From assembly GCA_027319905.1 (NCBI GenBank), contig DAHVMJ010000011.1, positions 1 through 29,537 of the forward strand: 29,537 bases of DNA, read 5' to 3'. The notes beneath the pieces were generated by a model. It did no database searches. It had not been told where the DNA came from and saw only the letters and a program-made list of their open reading frames with translations. This document shows, piece by piece, positions 17,837-26,546 of this stretch; the first letter of the stretch is position 1; the number at the start of each line of letters is the position of its first letter. The position numbers and the translations under genes are program-made. This DNA comes from Candidatus Micrarchaeota archaeon (GTDB lineage: Archaea; Micrarchaeota; Micrarchaeia; Micrarchaeales; CABMGC01).

Positions 17837-18586
17837 ATGGCAAAAACGAGAACCAAGGCAAGGAAGTCAAAGACGACAAAGAGCAGAGCGCCCAGGCGCG
17901 GCGCGAGCAGGCGCAGCGCTCCGAAGCATTCTGTTGTTTCAAAGATAAAGAAGGCGAGGCTCAAGGACAAGGTGCTTCTCGACGTGCCTCACTACCCTCA
18001 GACCGAGGACTTCACCAGTTCGGCCGCATGTGCTATGATGGTGCTCAAGTTCATAAATCCAGGGTTCAAGTTTAAGCGCGAGAGCGAGTACGAGATATGG
18101 CAGGAAGCGGTGAACGGCAGCGTCTGGTACGGAAGCAAGTACGGGCTCGCGTACGCGCTCGCAAAGAGAGGAGCGAACGTTGGCATAGTGAGCAACACAA
18201 AGAACGAGGGCTACGAGAGGAAGATGGCCGTCTACGAGAATGTTAACCTCGACACGCTAACGGCTTCGTTCAACGAAATAAAGCAAAAATCTGAAACCGC
18301 GGGCGTTGAGGAGGACCATGGCGTGGTCTCGCTCGTTGCGATAAAGAAGGCGCTTTCATCGGGGCACATACCCATAGTGCTGATAGACGCGCGCGTTGTC
18401 AACTCCTATCTAGATTCCATGCCGCACTGGGTGGTGGTCAAGGGCTATGACAAGGACACCTTCTACATAAACGATCCGTACTCGGACAGCACCATAACCC
18501 TGGATACCAACGCCTTCAGATCGGCTCTTGGCTTTGAGGATAACTACCACATGGTGGCGGTTCACTCCAAAGGCCAGAAGAGATAA
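17837..18586 (+). CDS. Peptidase C39-like fold protein with basic N-terminal tail; predicted catalytic Cys replaced by Ser
   Basis: VPHYPQTEDFTSSAACAMMVL, PHWVVVKGYD, YINDP. Start moved to ATG 17837 to clear the tRNA. Confidence 0.8.
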   Translation: MAKTRTKARKSKTTKSRAPRRGASRRSAPKHSVVSKIKKARLKDKVLLDVPHYPQTEDFTSSAACAMMVLKFINPGFKFKRESEYEIWQEAVNGSVWYGSKYGLAYALAKRGANVGIVSNTKNEGYERKMAVYENVNLDTLTASFNEIKQKSETAGVEEDHGVVSLVAIKKALSSGHIPIVLIDARVVNSYLDSMPHWVVVKGYDKDTFYINDPYSDSTITLDTNAFRSALGFEDNYHMVAVHSKGQKR

Positions 18587-18588
18587 TC

Positions 18589-18655
18589 TTCGCTGTTGCT
18601 TGTTCGTTGGAAAGAACGATAATCAGCGAAAGCTCTCTGCTTCGCGGTTCGCCGC
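18589..18655. terminator. Two stem-loops between convergent genes (possible terminator or processing structure)
   Basis: TTCGCTG(18589-95)/CAGCGAA(18624-30) enclosing TCGTT/AACGA; then GCGG-TTCG-CCGC (18644-55). Confidence 0.35.
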
Positions 18656-18664
18656 TCCGGACAT

Positions 18665-19024
18665 CTAGTTGCTGCCTAGCATCTTTACCAGCGTGGTCCT
18701 CACAGTCTGAAGCCTGCCCCGGTTCCTGAACCTGTCGAACCTCACCTTCTCCCTCGCAGTGGACCTAAGCATATTGTAGCAGCTCAGGCACATCAGCCTG
18801 CGCTTCACCACTCCGCCGCTCACGTACTGGTCCCTCTCCTGTATGTAGCTCGGGGGCAGTATCTTCACTTCCGTTTTGCTCATCAGCCTGTTGCAGTGTA
18901 TGCACGTGTTCTCTATCAGATAGGCCATGTCCCTGTCTTCGCCAGCTCCCATAGCGTACTCGGTCTCCTTGCCCGCGACCTTCTCGCGCGCTAAAGCTAC
19001 CGCATCGCTTGTTTCTCTCCCCAT
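18665..19024 (-). CDS. Hypothetical zinc-binding protein
   Basis: CIHC...CLSC pairs and a basic C-terminus. ATG 19024 preceded by GGGAG. Confidence 0.7.
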   Translation of the reverse strand: MGRETSDAVALAREKVAGKETEYAMGAGEDRDMAYLIENTCIHCNRLMSKTEVKILPPSYIQERDQYVSGGVVKRRLMCLSCYNMLRSTAREKVRFDRFRNRGRLQTVRTTLVKMLGSN

Positions 19025-19167
19025 TTGCGTACTCCCACCCTTCCGACACCCCACTTGCCGTCAGGCCCGTCTTCCCTTCAAATATGATTATGGGTCAACT
19101 GGTATTTATTAATTGTGTTTTTATAAGACAATCATATATCATTCGCGTTTGTCGTCGATGAATTTCT

Positions 19168-20040
19168 ATGAGATACGTGATTGCCGTCGGAGGGAATGCG
19201 TTCCGAAATGGCAAGGTGCTTAATAAACTTTCCTACCGCATTGCCGCGCTGAAGAGGCGCGGGCACGAAATAGTGGTAACGCATGGAAACGGCCCTCAGG
19301 TGGGCAACCTCGCGCTGCACGAGAAGAAGAACTTAGCGGTACTGACAAAAGAGACGCAGGCGGTAATGGGCGCTGCGATAAAGAAAAGCCTGATTTACGT
19401 TGATAGGGAGGCGGGCTTGGAGGCAAAGGTGGTCTGCACGCACGTGGTTGTGGATAAAGACGATGACGAATTCGTCAATCCCACAAAACCAATAGGTGAG
19501 TTCTGCTCACGGAAGGAAGCGGAGCGGCTCGCTAGGAAGGGTTTTGTGATGAAGCGACTGCTCAAGGGCTACAGACGCGTTGTCCCGTCTCCGATGCCGC
19601 TCAGAATAGTTGAACTTAACAAGATCAGAGAACTTCTGCACGAAGGCCGCATAGCGATTGCGGTTGGAGGAGGAGGGGCGGCGGTCACAAGCTCCGGCCA
19701 TGGCTTCAAATATGCCGACGCGGTGATAGACAAAGATTTAGCGTCATCGCTCCTTGCGGTAAACCTGAAGGCCGATAGGCTGTTCATACTCACAAACGTT
19801 GACGGCGTCTATCTTGGCTATCACACGAGACGCGCCAGGCTGCTAAGACGCATAGACGCCTCATCGCTGCGAAGGACAGCAGCAACCGAGCACTTCGAGT
19901 CAGGTAGCATGATGCCCAAAGTTCGGGCCTGCATAGACTTCGTGAGCAAGACCGGAAAGCGGGCGGTGATAGGCAATCTTCTAAAGGCGGACAACGTTTT
20001 CGAACTCAAAGGTGCCACGGTCATCGTGCCGCGGACCTGA
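19168..20040 (+). CDS. arcC: Carbamate kinase
   Basis: IAVGGNA, THGNGPQVG, PTKPIG, GYRRVVPSP, VIDKDL, LTNVDGV, GSMMPKV. Confidence 0.93.
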   Translation: MRYVIAVGGNAFRNGKVLNKLSYRIAALKRRGHEIVVTHGNGPQVGNLALHEKKNLAVLTKETQAVMGAAIKKSLIYVDREAGLEAKVVCTHVVVDKDDDEFVNPTKPIGEFCSRKEAERLARKGFVMKRLLKGYRRVVPSPMPLRIVELNKIRELLHEGRIAIAVGGGGAAVTSSGHGFKYADAVIDKDLASSLLAVNLKADRLFILTNVDGVYLGYHTRRARLLRRIDASSLRRTAATEHFESGSMMPKVRACIDFVSKTGKRAVIGNLLKADNVFELKGATVIVPRT

Positions 20041-21109
20041 CCGCTGCAGTCACGTCGCCTATGTCTGCGTCTGTCTTAACCGAATCCTTGTCGAACTGCG
20101 TCCTGCTGACCACGTGCCTCTTCCCCAGAGTTTTTATCACAGGCTCTAGAGACACCGATCCGATTTTCAGAATGGAGGTGATCTTCGGTATGGAGTAGAA
20201 GAAAGGCATGTCCAACTCATCATCGAGCTTTTCTACAAACCTAAGCGTCTCGCTGGCATACGATCGCGAGAGCTTACGCATAGAAGACACAAGCCTGTCG
20301 TTCTTGAGTGGACCGAGCCACATCGGCCCGAATATCTGCATATCGGCTCTGCAGTTTGTGCACTTCGTATCTGCAGAGGCTGCCACACCTTTCTTGTAGG
20401 AGAAAGAGCGGCATCTGCTGCAGTGCGAAAGAAAACCGGTCATGCCTACGGATCCGGCCGCCTCTCTTGCGCCATGGCGAAGCACAAGGAAAACCCTGAT
20501 ATAATGCATGTCTGCTATGCTCAGGATAGGCTCTATCCCGAAATTGAACTGCGCCGCCTCCCTCGCGACGAAGCCGAGAAGTATGCGCACGCTCGTCTCG
20601 TGGCAGAGTTCGTTATGTATGGGCTTCGCCCCGTATATCCTCAGGCAGGCAGAGCCCTCCGCGCCGCAGAGAGTGGCTGTGTCTGTGGCCGTTACCATGA
20701 GCGAGGTTCCGTCTTTGGACAGCTTCAGCGCATCGTGCACCATCGGCGCAGGGCTGCCGAATGGGTCTATGTCTATGACGTCGAACACCTCTCCCGAAGA
20801 ACCGGCGAACTCCTGCAGGCTTTTCCCTATAACACGCGCCCTGCTCTTGTTCAGCGCGACGTTTGCTCGCGCACTCTTGGACGCATGCGGGTTCATGTCC
20901 AGCATCGTGACATTCTTTATCCCTGCCTCTCGTTCGTACCGTATTCCTCTTATGCCTGTCGCGGCTGTAGCATCGAGCAGCCTTGCATTTCGCAGTTTCA
21001 ATGATCTCAGGAATAAGACCGAGACGTCCCTGAGCTTGCTCATCTTCGGATTGTAGAACACACCCTTGCCGATTTTGATCTTGGCCGCACCTTCGTTTAT
21101 CGCTTGCAT
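20021..21109 (-). CDS. trm1: tRNA (guanine-26-N2)-dimethyltransferase
   Basis: VFYNPKM..RD, TGIRGIRY, FDVIDIDPFGSP, VTATDTA, CxxC...CxxC, GPMWLG. Confidence 0.95.
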   Translation of the reverse strand: MQAINEGAAKIKIGKGVFYNPKMSKLRDVSVLFLRSLKLRNARLLDATAATGIRGIRYEREAGIKNVTMLDMNPHASKSARANVALNKSRARVIGKSLQEFAGSSGEVFDVIDIDPFGSPAPMVHDALKLSKDGTSLMVTATDTATLCGAEGSACLRIYGAKPIHNELCHETSVRILLGFVAREAAQFNFGIEPILSIADMHYIRVFLVLRHGAREAAGSVGMTGFLSHCSRCRSFSYKKGVAASADTKCTNCRADMQIFGPMWLGPLKNDRLVSSMRKLSRSYASETLRFVEKLDDELDMPFFYSIPKITSILKIGSVSLEPVIKTLGKRHVVSRTQFDKDSVKTDADIGDVTAAVRSAAR

Positions 21110-21113
21110 AGAA

Positions 21114-21986
21114 TCACGGCGGCGTGTACCCGCTTGTCCACTGGTTCGTGTACGTCACTGCGTTCGGGACTCCGTTGTTGTTGTTCCCGCTGTAGTCGTT
21201 GGCATTTCCGTTGAGTGGCCACCAGCCCACAAGGTTCTGCAGGCGTATGGGTGCACCGCCGATACCTTCCTGATAGAGCGCGTTGACTTCGGCCACGGAT
21301 AGAGAAGCGTTGTAGACCTGAATATTCGAAAGTTCACCGTTGAACCCGTTGCAGCACCCATCCCACCCAATGCCAAACTGCTGCAAGGAGTTGCTTATGT
21401 ATCCACTAGCCCCAGTAATTGTGGTTGGGTTTTCGTCGTCATAGCAGGTGAGGTATCCTGTAGTAGGACTGTATGTTAGTGCAACGAAATTCCACACTCC
21501 TGGCGTCACGAACGGCGGCCCTTCAGTACTGTAATAGGTTACGCCGCCGGTGCCGAAGCGGCATTCTAAGTTGTTAGTGTTCTGGAGCTGAAGTATGTAA
21601 AAGTTAATGTTGCCATTCCTTACGCCAAAGTATCCGCTATGGTGCGAAGGATTATTCTGTGGTAACACCCAGCCAGAGATGGTAAGGGGCACATTTGACA
21701 TAAAAGTTGAGAAATCAGCAATGCTTATCTCACCGACGTTATTGAAACCTCCCACATACTGCGGCAGTTCCCCGTTGCACACTCCCTCGAGGTTTATCAG
21801 CGACGCCGTGTTGGGACCGTTGGGCCGGAGGACCTGACAGGCGCCGGGAGGGGCACGAGGTGCAAATGTGCTTGCATTGAAGACGCCGAGCTGGAAGAGC
21901 GCTCCGAGGACCACGGCTATTATGAGTATTGCCCAGCCGTAGGTCATGAGGTACTCCATCGCTGATTGGAGTTTTCTATAGCGCAT
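21114..21986 (-). CDS. Class III signal peptide (pilin-like) LamG/concanavalin-like surface protein, paralogue 3
   Basis: KL|QSAMEYLMTYGWAILIIAVV leader. LTISGWV, WNFVALTY, FNGELSNIQVYNASLSVAEVNALY, LVGWWPLNGNANDYSGN. Confidence 0.88.
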   Translation of the reverse strand: MRYRKLQSAMEYLMTYGWAILIIAVVLGALFQLGVFNASTFAPRAPPGACQVLRPNGPNTASLINLEGVCNGELPQYVGGFNNVGEISIADFSTFMSNVPLTISGWVLPQNNPSHHSGYFGVRNGNINFYILQLQNTNNLECRFGTGGVTYYSTEGPPFVTPGVWNFVALTYSPTTGYLTCYDDENPTTITGASGYISNSLQQFGIGWDGCCNGFNGELSNIQVYNASLSVAEVNALYQEGIGGAPIRLQNLVGWWPLNGNANDYSGNNNNGVPNAVTYTNQWTSGYTPP

Positions 21987-21990
21987 ACAA

Positions 21991-22227
21991 TCATTCTTCG
22001 CTGTTAAGCTTTAGCAGCGTATCGAGCAGGCCGTGCGCGTACGAGATGCTTGCAAATGCAGTGTAGAAATCTTTCTTATCCAACCAAGCCTGTGCGTCGT
22101 CACAGTAGTTCTTGGCGAGCCTGACGATCTCTATCTCCTTCGGTCCCAGCGTGTGCTCGTCAAGTATCTTCGCGTTCTCGTTGAACTTCTTTATGTCCTT
22201 GGCTATTCTCTCCTCAATTTCTTCCAC
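21991..22227 (-). CDS. DUF357-like archaeal protein
   Basis: AKNYCDDAQAWLDKKDFYTAFASISYAHGLLD matches the DUF357 pattern (Y..Da...k.d...A....Ya.G.LD). Confidence 0.8.
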   Translation of the reverse strand: MEEIEERIAKDIKKFNENAKILDEHTLGPKEIEIVRLAKNYCDDAQAWLDKKDFYTAFASISYAHGLLDTLLKLNSEE

Positions 22228-22294
22228 AAAAGCAACTCAAAAGGTTTATATCTTTCACAATTTATATCTATGTCGCTGATTATTCGGTGCAAAA

Positions 22295-22897
22295 ATGGCA
22301 AAGCAATCTCCGTGGGACGAGCAGACCGACGGGTTCATATCAGATCTCGACGCGGTGATAGCAAAAGAGCACGACATCTCGTTCAGAAGTCTGCTGCTCA
22401 GTCCGGATAGGTTCCTTAATAGAAAGGACATCGATGCAACGCTCGCAGACGCGCGCTCTGCCGTAGACTCCTACTTCAGCGAACTTCTCGAAAAGCTCAA
22501 GGACGAGGAGACAAAGCTGGAGTCCGAGATGGAGAGCGCCACAGCGCAGTACAAACAGATAGACTCCGTAATAACCGAGAAGTCCGCGGCGGCGAGGGTA
22601 CCGTATGTCAAGCCGCTGTTTGTAGATAGGCCACAGAAGGAGGAAGAGACGATAGTCATCGACAGATACGACGAAAGCCTTGAGGCGTTCGTTGGCAAGC
22701 TGATCAACACATCAAACTATGTTGCTGACATGTCAGCGAACTACAAACAGTACAAACTCGGCTCATGGCTCTTCTCCGGAGCCAGGAACTATGTTCTGAC
22801 GCTGAATCCCCCGGCAAGCCCCGTGCTCGCAATAGAGAACAGCCGCGGACTCATCAATGGCATGCTGAGCGACATAGAGACCCGGGCAGCTAAATGA
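22295..22897 (+). CDS. Hypothetical protein with coiled-coil segment
   Basis: Clean 200-aa ORF downstream of BRE/TATA-like AAAAGGTTTATA. Its stop overlaps the start of the next gene. Confidence 0.75.
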   Translation: MAKQSPWDEQTDGFISDLDAVIAKEHDISFRSLLLSPDRFLNRKDIDATLADARSAVDSYFSELLEKLKDEETKLESEMESATAQYKQIDSVITEKSAAARVPYVKPLFVDRPQKEEETIVIDRYDESLEAFVGKLINTSNYVADMSANYKQYKLGSWLFSGARNYVLTLNPPASPVLAIENSRGLINGMLSDIETRAAK

Positions 22898-23463
22898 TCC
22901 AAAGGAAGCGCGTACTCGTAATAACTGGAGTGCCTGGCACGGGCAAGACATCTTTCTCCAATCTGCTGGCAAAGAAGATGGGTAACGTTGAGGTGATACA
23001 CGTTACCGATGTCGTGAATGCTGAGAAGCTCTTCACTTCGCGCTCCAGAGATGGCGCAAAGATAGTTGACATGCGGCGCCTTCAGCGGGAACTCGGCCTG
23101 CTGATCAGCAGCAGCAAGAAGAGAACGATACTGCTTGAGAGCCACCTGCTCTGCGACATGAAGCTGAGGAACGCTGGCGTGCTCGTGCTCAGAGAGCACC
23201 TGGACGCGCTGATTGGGAGGATGGAAAAGAGGGGCTACTCGAAAGAGAAGATAAAGGCGAACGTGGTATCGGAGGCGACAGACTACTGCGGCATACGCGC
23301 CGAACGCAACTACAAGAATGTGTTTGAGGCGTTTTCCGGAGACAAGAGGCTGCCCGGCTACGCAACACGTCTCCTGGAAGGCAAGAGGCTGAGAAAGAGG
23401 TCCATAGACCTCCTGCCCGAGTTCGATCTGCTGCTGAGAAAGAGGAGAGAGCTAGCTCTCTGA
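22894..23463 (+). CDS. Adenylate kinase 6/Fap7-like NMP kinase
   Basis: ITGVPGTGKT, ILLESHL (hhhE.H), RMEKRGYSKEKIKANV..E. Confidence 0.88.
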   Translation: MIQRKRVLVITGVPGTGKTSFSNLLAKKMGNVEVIHVTDVVNAEKLFTSRSRDGAKIVDMRRLQRELGLLISSSKKRTILLESHLLCDMKLRNAGVLVLREHLDALIGRMEKRGYSKEKIKANVVSEATDYCGIRAERNYKNVFEAFSGDKRLPGYATRLLEGKRLRKRSIDLLPEFDLLLRKRRELAL

Positions 23464-24843
23464 CAAAAGTCCCAGGTCCTCGAGAAGCCAGACATAGGCG
23501 TCTTCGGCGCAGTCTTTTGGCAGCGTGTTGATCATGAGCCTAGAACCTTTGAGCGTGATATCCTTGCGCCGTCCGAATATTCTGCCCGCCGCCACGTCCC
23601 GCAGCAGGTATTCTATGCTTTCATATTTGTTCTTCTCCAAAGCGTAGATTGTCTCGCCCCGCACTGTCATCGCAATCGACCTTGGGTGTGATTTTACAAA
23701 CTCCTCCTGCGCCTTCCTTATGAACACGCTCGGCCCCTTCTGCATCCTGGTCACCAGCTTCTCGCTGGGCGCGAAGAAGACAAGCAATCCGTGCCTCCCA
23801 GAGATTATCGGGATTGAGAAGTATACTCTGAATCCAGATCTTTCTACCGTGTTCAAGACGAACTCGCCCACCTTTCGCAGCTGCGGCCACACTATATCCT
23901 CGCTCTTGTCTGGTACCCTGGTTGACACAACATACATGTCCAGGCCCGACTTCTTGATGAACGAGGCAAGCAGGCCCTTTACCCTGCTGGACGAGAAGCC
24001 CCTCCCATGGAAGAATGCCACGCTTGGCTTCACGGTGAACGCCCTGCAGAGCATCACGAACTTGCCCAGCGTCTCCATCGATACCCCCGCGGCTACGTTC
24101 CTGTCCTTGTCCACCGGGTCTATGACCACGAACTGAGAGTTGAACCTCTTGACCAGCGACTTGTCGTTTATGGTGGCCCTGCTCCTGGGATCTATGAGTA
24201 TTGGGAGCTTGAAGTCTGCCACGGTCTCGATGAGGTTCAGGAGAGAACCGTAGTGAATTATGAGCAGTTCGCAGAGATAGCCAGAGAAACCGCTCGTCAT
24301 CACCTCCGCTCCGTACAGGCTCTGCCTCTTCAGCAGATATTTCAGCAGTCGCACCTCGTCCCGCTGCCTATCGCTGAGCTGCTTGTTTACGAAATCAGCA
24401 TGCATGGGCGACCTGTCAACAGCGGTGATCATGTCCTCTATGTTGTCTATCTTGAAAGCTGGCACCACGTCTGCGCGCACGCCAAGGGAGTTCAGGTAGA
24501 CGCGCGTATACGGATGTTCCGCATACTTCACCTCATAACTGTCCCCCTTCTCCCTAACGATGCGTTTGGCGTAATCGAGCCCTTCCTTCGTTATCCTGTC
24601 CCTTTTGTACTTCTTCGGGAACAGGAGAAAGATGTCTATGTCTGATTCGCCGCGGAGGTGCGTCCCTCGTACAACAGATCCGACCACACGTATCTCGACG
24701 TCTTTAGCAACAGCCTTCTTGAGCGCGCTCGTGAGCTGGTTTATGTTGTATACAGATTCCTTCAACTCTTCTTTGGTGGGCTTTACCTCCTCGAGCTCTC
24801 TCGCGAAGACCGCCCTGGCGGCCTTCTCCGCGTCGGCTTTCAT
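23452..24843 (-). CDS. cca: Archaeal (class I) CCA-adding enzyme
   Basis: GSVVRGTHLRGESDIDIF, YAEHPY, DVVP, AVDRSPMH, YGAE..GFSGYLCELL, IDPVDKDRNVAA. Confidence 0.96.
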   Translation of the reverse strand: MKADAEKAARAVFARELEEVKPTKEELKESVYNINQLTSALKKAVAKDVEIRVVGSVVRGTHLRGESDIDIFLLFPKKYKRDRITKEGLDYAKRIVREKGDSYEVKYAEHPYTRVYLNSLGVRADVVPAFKIDNIEDMITAVDRSPMHADFVNKQLSDRQRDEVRLLKYLLKRQSLYGAEVMTSGFSGYLCELLIIHYGSLLNLIETVADFKLPILIDPRSRATINDKSLVKRFNSQFVVIDPVDKDRNVAAGVSMETLGKFVMLCRAFTVKPSVAFFHGRGFSSSRVKGLLASFIKKSGLDMYVVSTRVPDKSEDIVWPQLRKVGEFVLNTVERSGFRVYFSIPIISGRHGLLVFFAPSEKLVTRMQKGPSVFIRKAQEEFVKSHPRSIAMTVRGETIYALEKNKYESIEYLLRDVAAGRIFGRRKDITLKGSRLMINTLPKDCAEDAYVWLLEDLGLLSES

Positions 24844-24887
24844 GAAAACATACTTAATAAAATAGGCAAGTTTAAATATTCAAGTAG

Positions 24888-24959
24888 GGGCTCGTAGCGC
24901 AGCGGTAGCGCACGTCGTTCGCAACGACGGGGTCGCGGGTTCGAATCCCGCCGAGTCCA
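24888..24959 (+). tRNA. tRNA-Ala (anticodon CGC), intronless, CCA not encoded
   Basis: Acceptor GGGCTCG/CGAGTCC-A with the G3:U70 Ala identity pair. Anticodon arm CGTCG-TTCGCAA-CGACG. T arm GCGGG-TTCGAAT-CCCGC. Confidence 0.98.
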
Positions 24960-25033
24960 TCTCTCTTAGCCACAGATAGTTACGGCGTTTAAACGCTTAT
25001 AAGCGTAATCAGGCTAAGCGATAACGTCTTGCC

Positions 25034-25918
25034 ATGCTTGCTGACTATCTCGCAGAGCTTTTCGAACCTACGATACTGCTGGCCTTCCTGATCTCTTTGG
25101 TAGGCATAGCCGCGGCATCGCACGTAGGCACGATAAACGTGGTGCTTTCCGTGGCTGTGGTTGTCGGCTCTGTGCTGGCGCAAGTGTCGGTGAACCTCGC
25201 GAACGATTATCAGGACTATGCCAGCGGCTTGGACAAGGAGACCCCCAAAACAAGGTTCAGCGGGGGCAGCAAGCATCTCGCGAGCGGCGCCGTGAAGCAC
25301 AAGGACGTTCTCTACATGGCGTTTGTCACCGCGGCCATCGCGGGCATAATAGGCATCTACCTTTCCATGGTCGTCACCCTCTACCTGCTCGCGCTTATCA
25401 TCGTGGGCGCGATCGCGATATTCCTATATACAAGGTACATAACCAGGTTCCCGCTGCTTCCCGAGCCCTTCGTTATGTTCGCATTCTCTCTTGTGGGAGT
25501 AGGCAGCTACGTTGTTGCCCACGGGTCATTCACCGGCATATACGCCGCCCTGCTCACCATAGCGCCCGCCGCGCTGCTCTGCGGTATAGCGCTGCTTGCT
25601 AACGAGGTGCCCGACGCCGAGATAGACAAGAAGTTCGGCAGGAAGCACGCGGTCATAATTCTCAACAATAACAGAAAGACATCTGCGTATTACGTGGCAT
25701 TGGAAGGGGTCACATACGCGCTCGTGCTGTACGGAGTTGTGAGCTCGGCGCTTAATCCCTTCTTCCTTCTCGTGTTCATCACATTCCCGGTTGTGGGCTA
25801 CGTCGGAGCGGGCATACTGAGGTACAGGAGTCCGCAGAACTATGAGAAGTACATGGCTGCCAACATAATGGCGATATTCGTCTACCTGGCGCTCCTCGTT
25901 GTGGCTTACAGCCTATAA
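25034..25918 (+). CDS. menA: UbiA-family prenyltransferase, MenA-like
   Basis: Multi-TM protein with NLANDYQDYASGLD, FSGGS and NEVPDAEIDKKFGRK motifs. Confidence 0.82.
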   Translation: MLADYLAELFEPTILLAFLISLVGIAAASHVGTINVVLSVAVVVGSVLAQVSVNLANDYQDYASGLDKETPKTRFSGGSKHLASGAVKHKDVLYMAFVTAAIAGIIGIYLSMVVTLYLLALIIVGAIAIFLYTRYITRFPLLPEPFVMFAFSLVGVGSYVVAHGSFTGIYAALLTIAPAALLCGIALLANEVPDAEIDKKFGRKHAVIILNNNRKTSAYYVALEGVTYALVLYGVVSSALNPFFLLVFITFPVVGYVGAGILRYRSPQNYEKYMAANIMAIFVYLALLVVAYSL

Positions 25919-25925
25919 TGGTTAC

Positions 25926-26546
25926 ATGAAGCTGAGCAAAACCGATATCGTCTACCTCGCCCTCCCCCTGCTACTCTGGCCACTGTCGTTCATAGTGCTG
26001 CAGAGTGTGTTCATATATGCGCTCGCTGCCTCAACCGTTCTCCTTGCTTTGCTCTCTCTCATCCTGTACAGGGATAAGATCGTGTGGTCTCGCGGAAGCA
26101 GCAAGCTCGCCGTTGTCGTTTTCGGAGCCGCGCTTGCCTTCGTGCTCTACCTAATCTTCGTGGCAGGAGGCATAGCATCATCGGCTCTGGGCCTCAGCTC
26201 GTACGTGTCTGGAGTATACGCATCGATATACGGAACACAGGGAAAGAGCGCATCTACGATTGTGCTGCTTGCGATAATAGGCATATGCGAAGAGATCTAT
26301 TGGAGGGGCGGAGTGCAAGGCTATGCTCGAACCAACACGAGCAGATTTGCGAAGGCGCCATGGTTGGCATCCGGCCTCTACTATACATTGGTTCACGTAT
26401 CGACGCTTAATCCGATCCTGGTCGTTGCAGCTCTTTTCGTGGGGCTCGTGACAGGCCTGGTGGCGCATAAGGCCGGCATACTCGCTTCCATGGTGACCCA
26501 TGTGCTGTGGATCGAGGCCATAGTTATCTTCTTTCCGGTGATCTGA
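25926..26546 (+). CDS. CPBP (CAAX protease/Abi) family intramembrane metalloprotease-like protein
   Basis: Multi-TM protein with EEIYWRG, YTLVH and THVLW motifs. ATG 25926. Confidence 0.85.
   Translation: MKLSKTDIVYLALPLLLWPLSFIVLQSVFIYALAASTVLLALLSLILYRDKIVWSRGSSKLAVVVFGAALAFVLYLIFVAGGIASSALGLSSYVSGVYASIYGTQGKSASTIVLLAIIGICEEIYWRGGVQGYARTNTSRFAKAPWLASGLYYTLVHVSTLNPILVVAALFVGLVTGLVAHKAGILASMVTHVLWIEAIVIFFPVI

Noticed and set aside
17674..17970. 98-aa minus-strand ORF, and the upstream extension of the 17780 ORF
   Set aside because: They overlap tRNA-Leu and the C39-like gene.
2373..21986. Diversity-generating retroelement as the cause of pilin-LamG variation
   Set aside because: No reverse transcriptase in the window, no near-identical template/variable repeat pair, and differences are not adenine-specific. 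The variable part is internal and over 430 nt.
17719..24959. Integrated element bounded by the tRNA genes
   Set aside because: No integrase and no duplicated tRNA 3' end (att site) were seen, and the content between them is mostly housekeeping.
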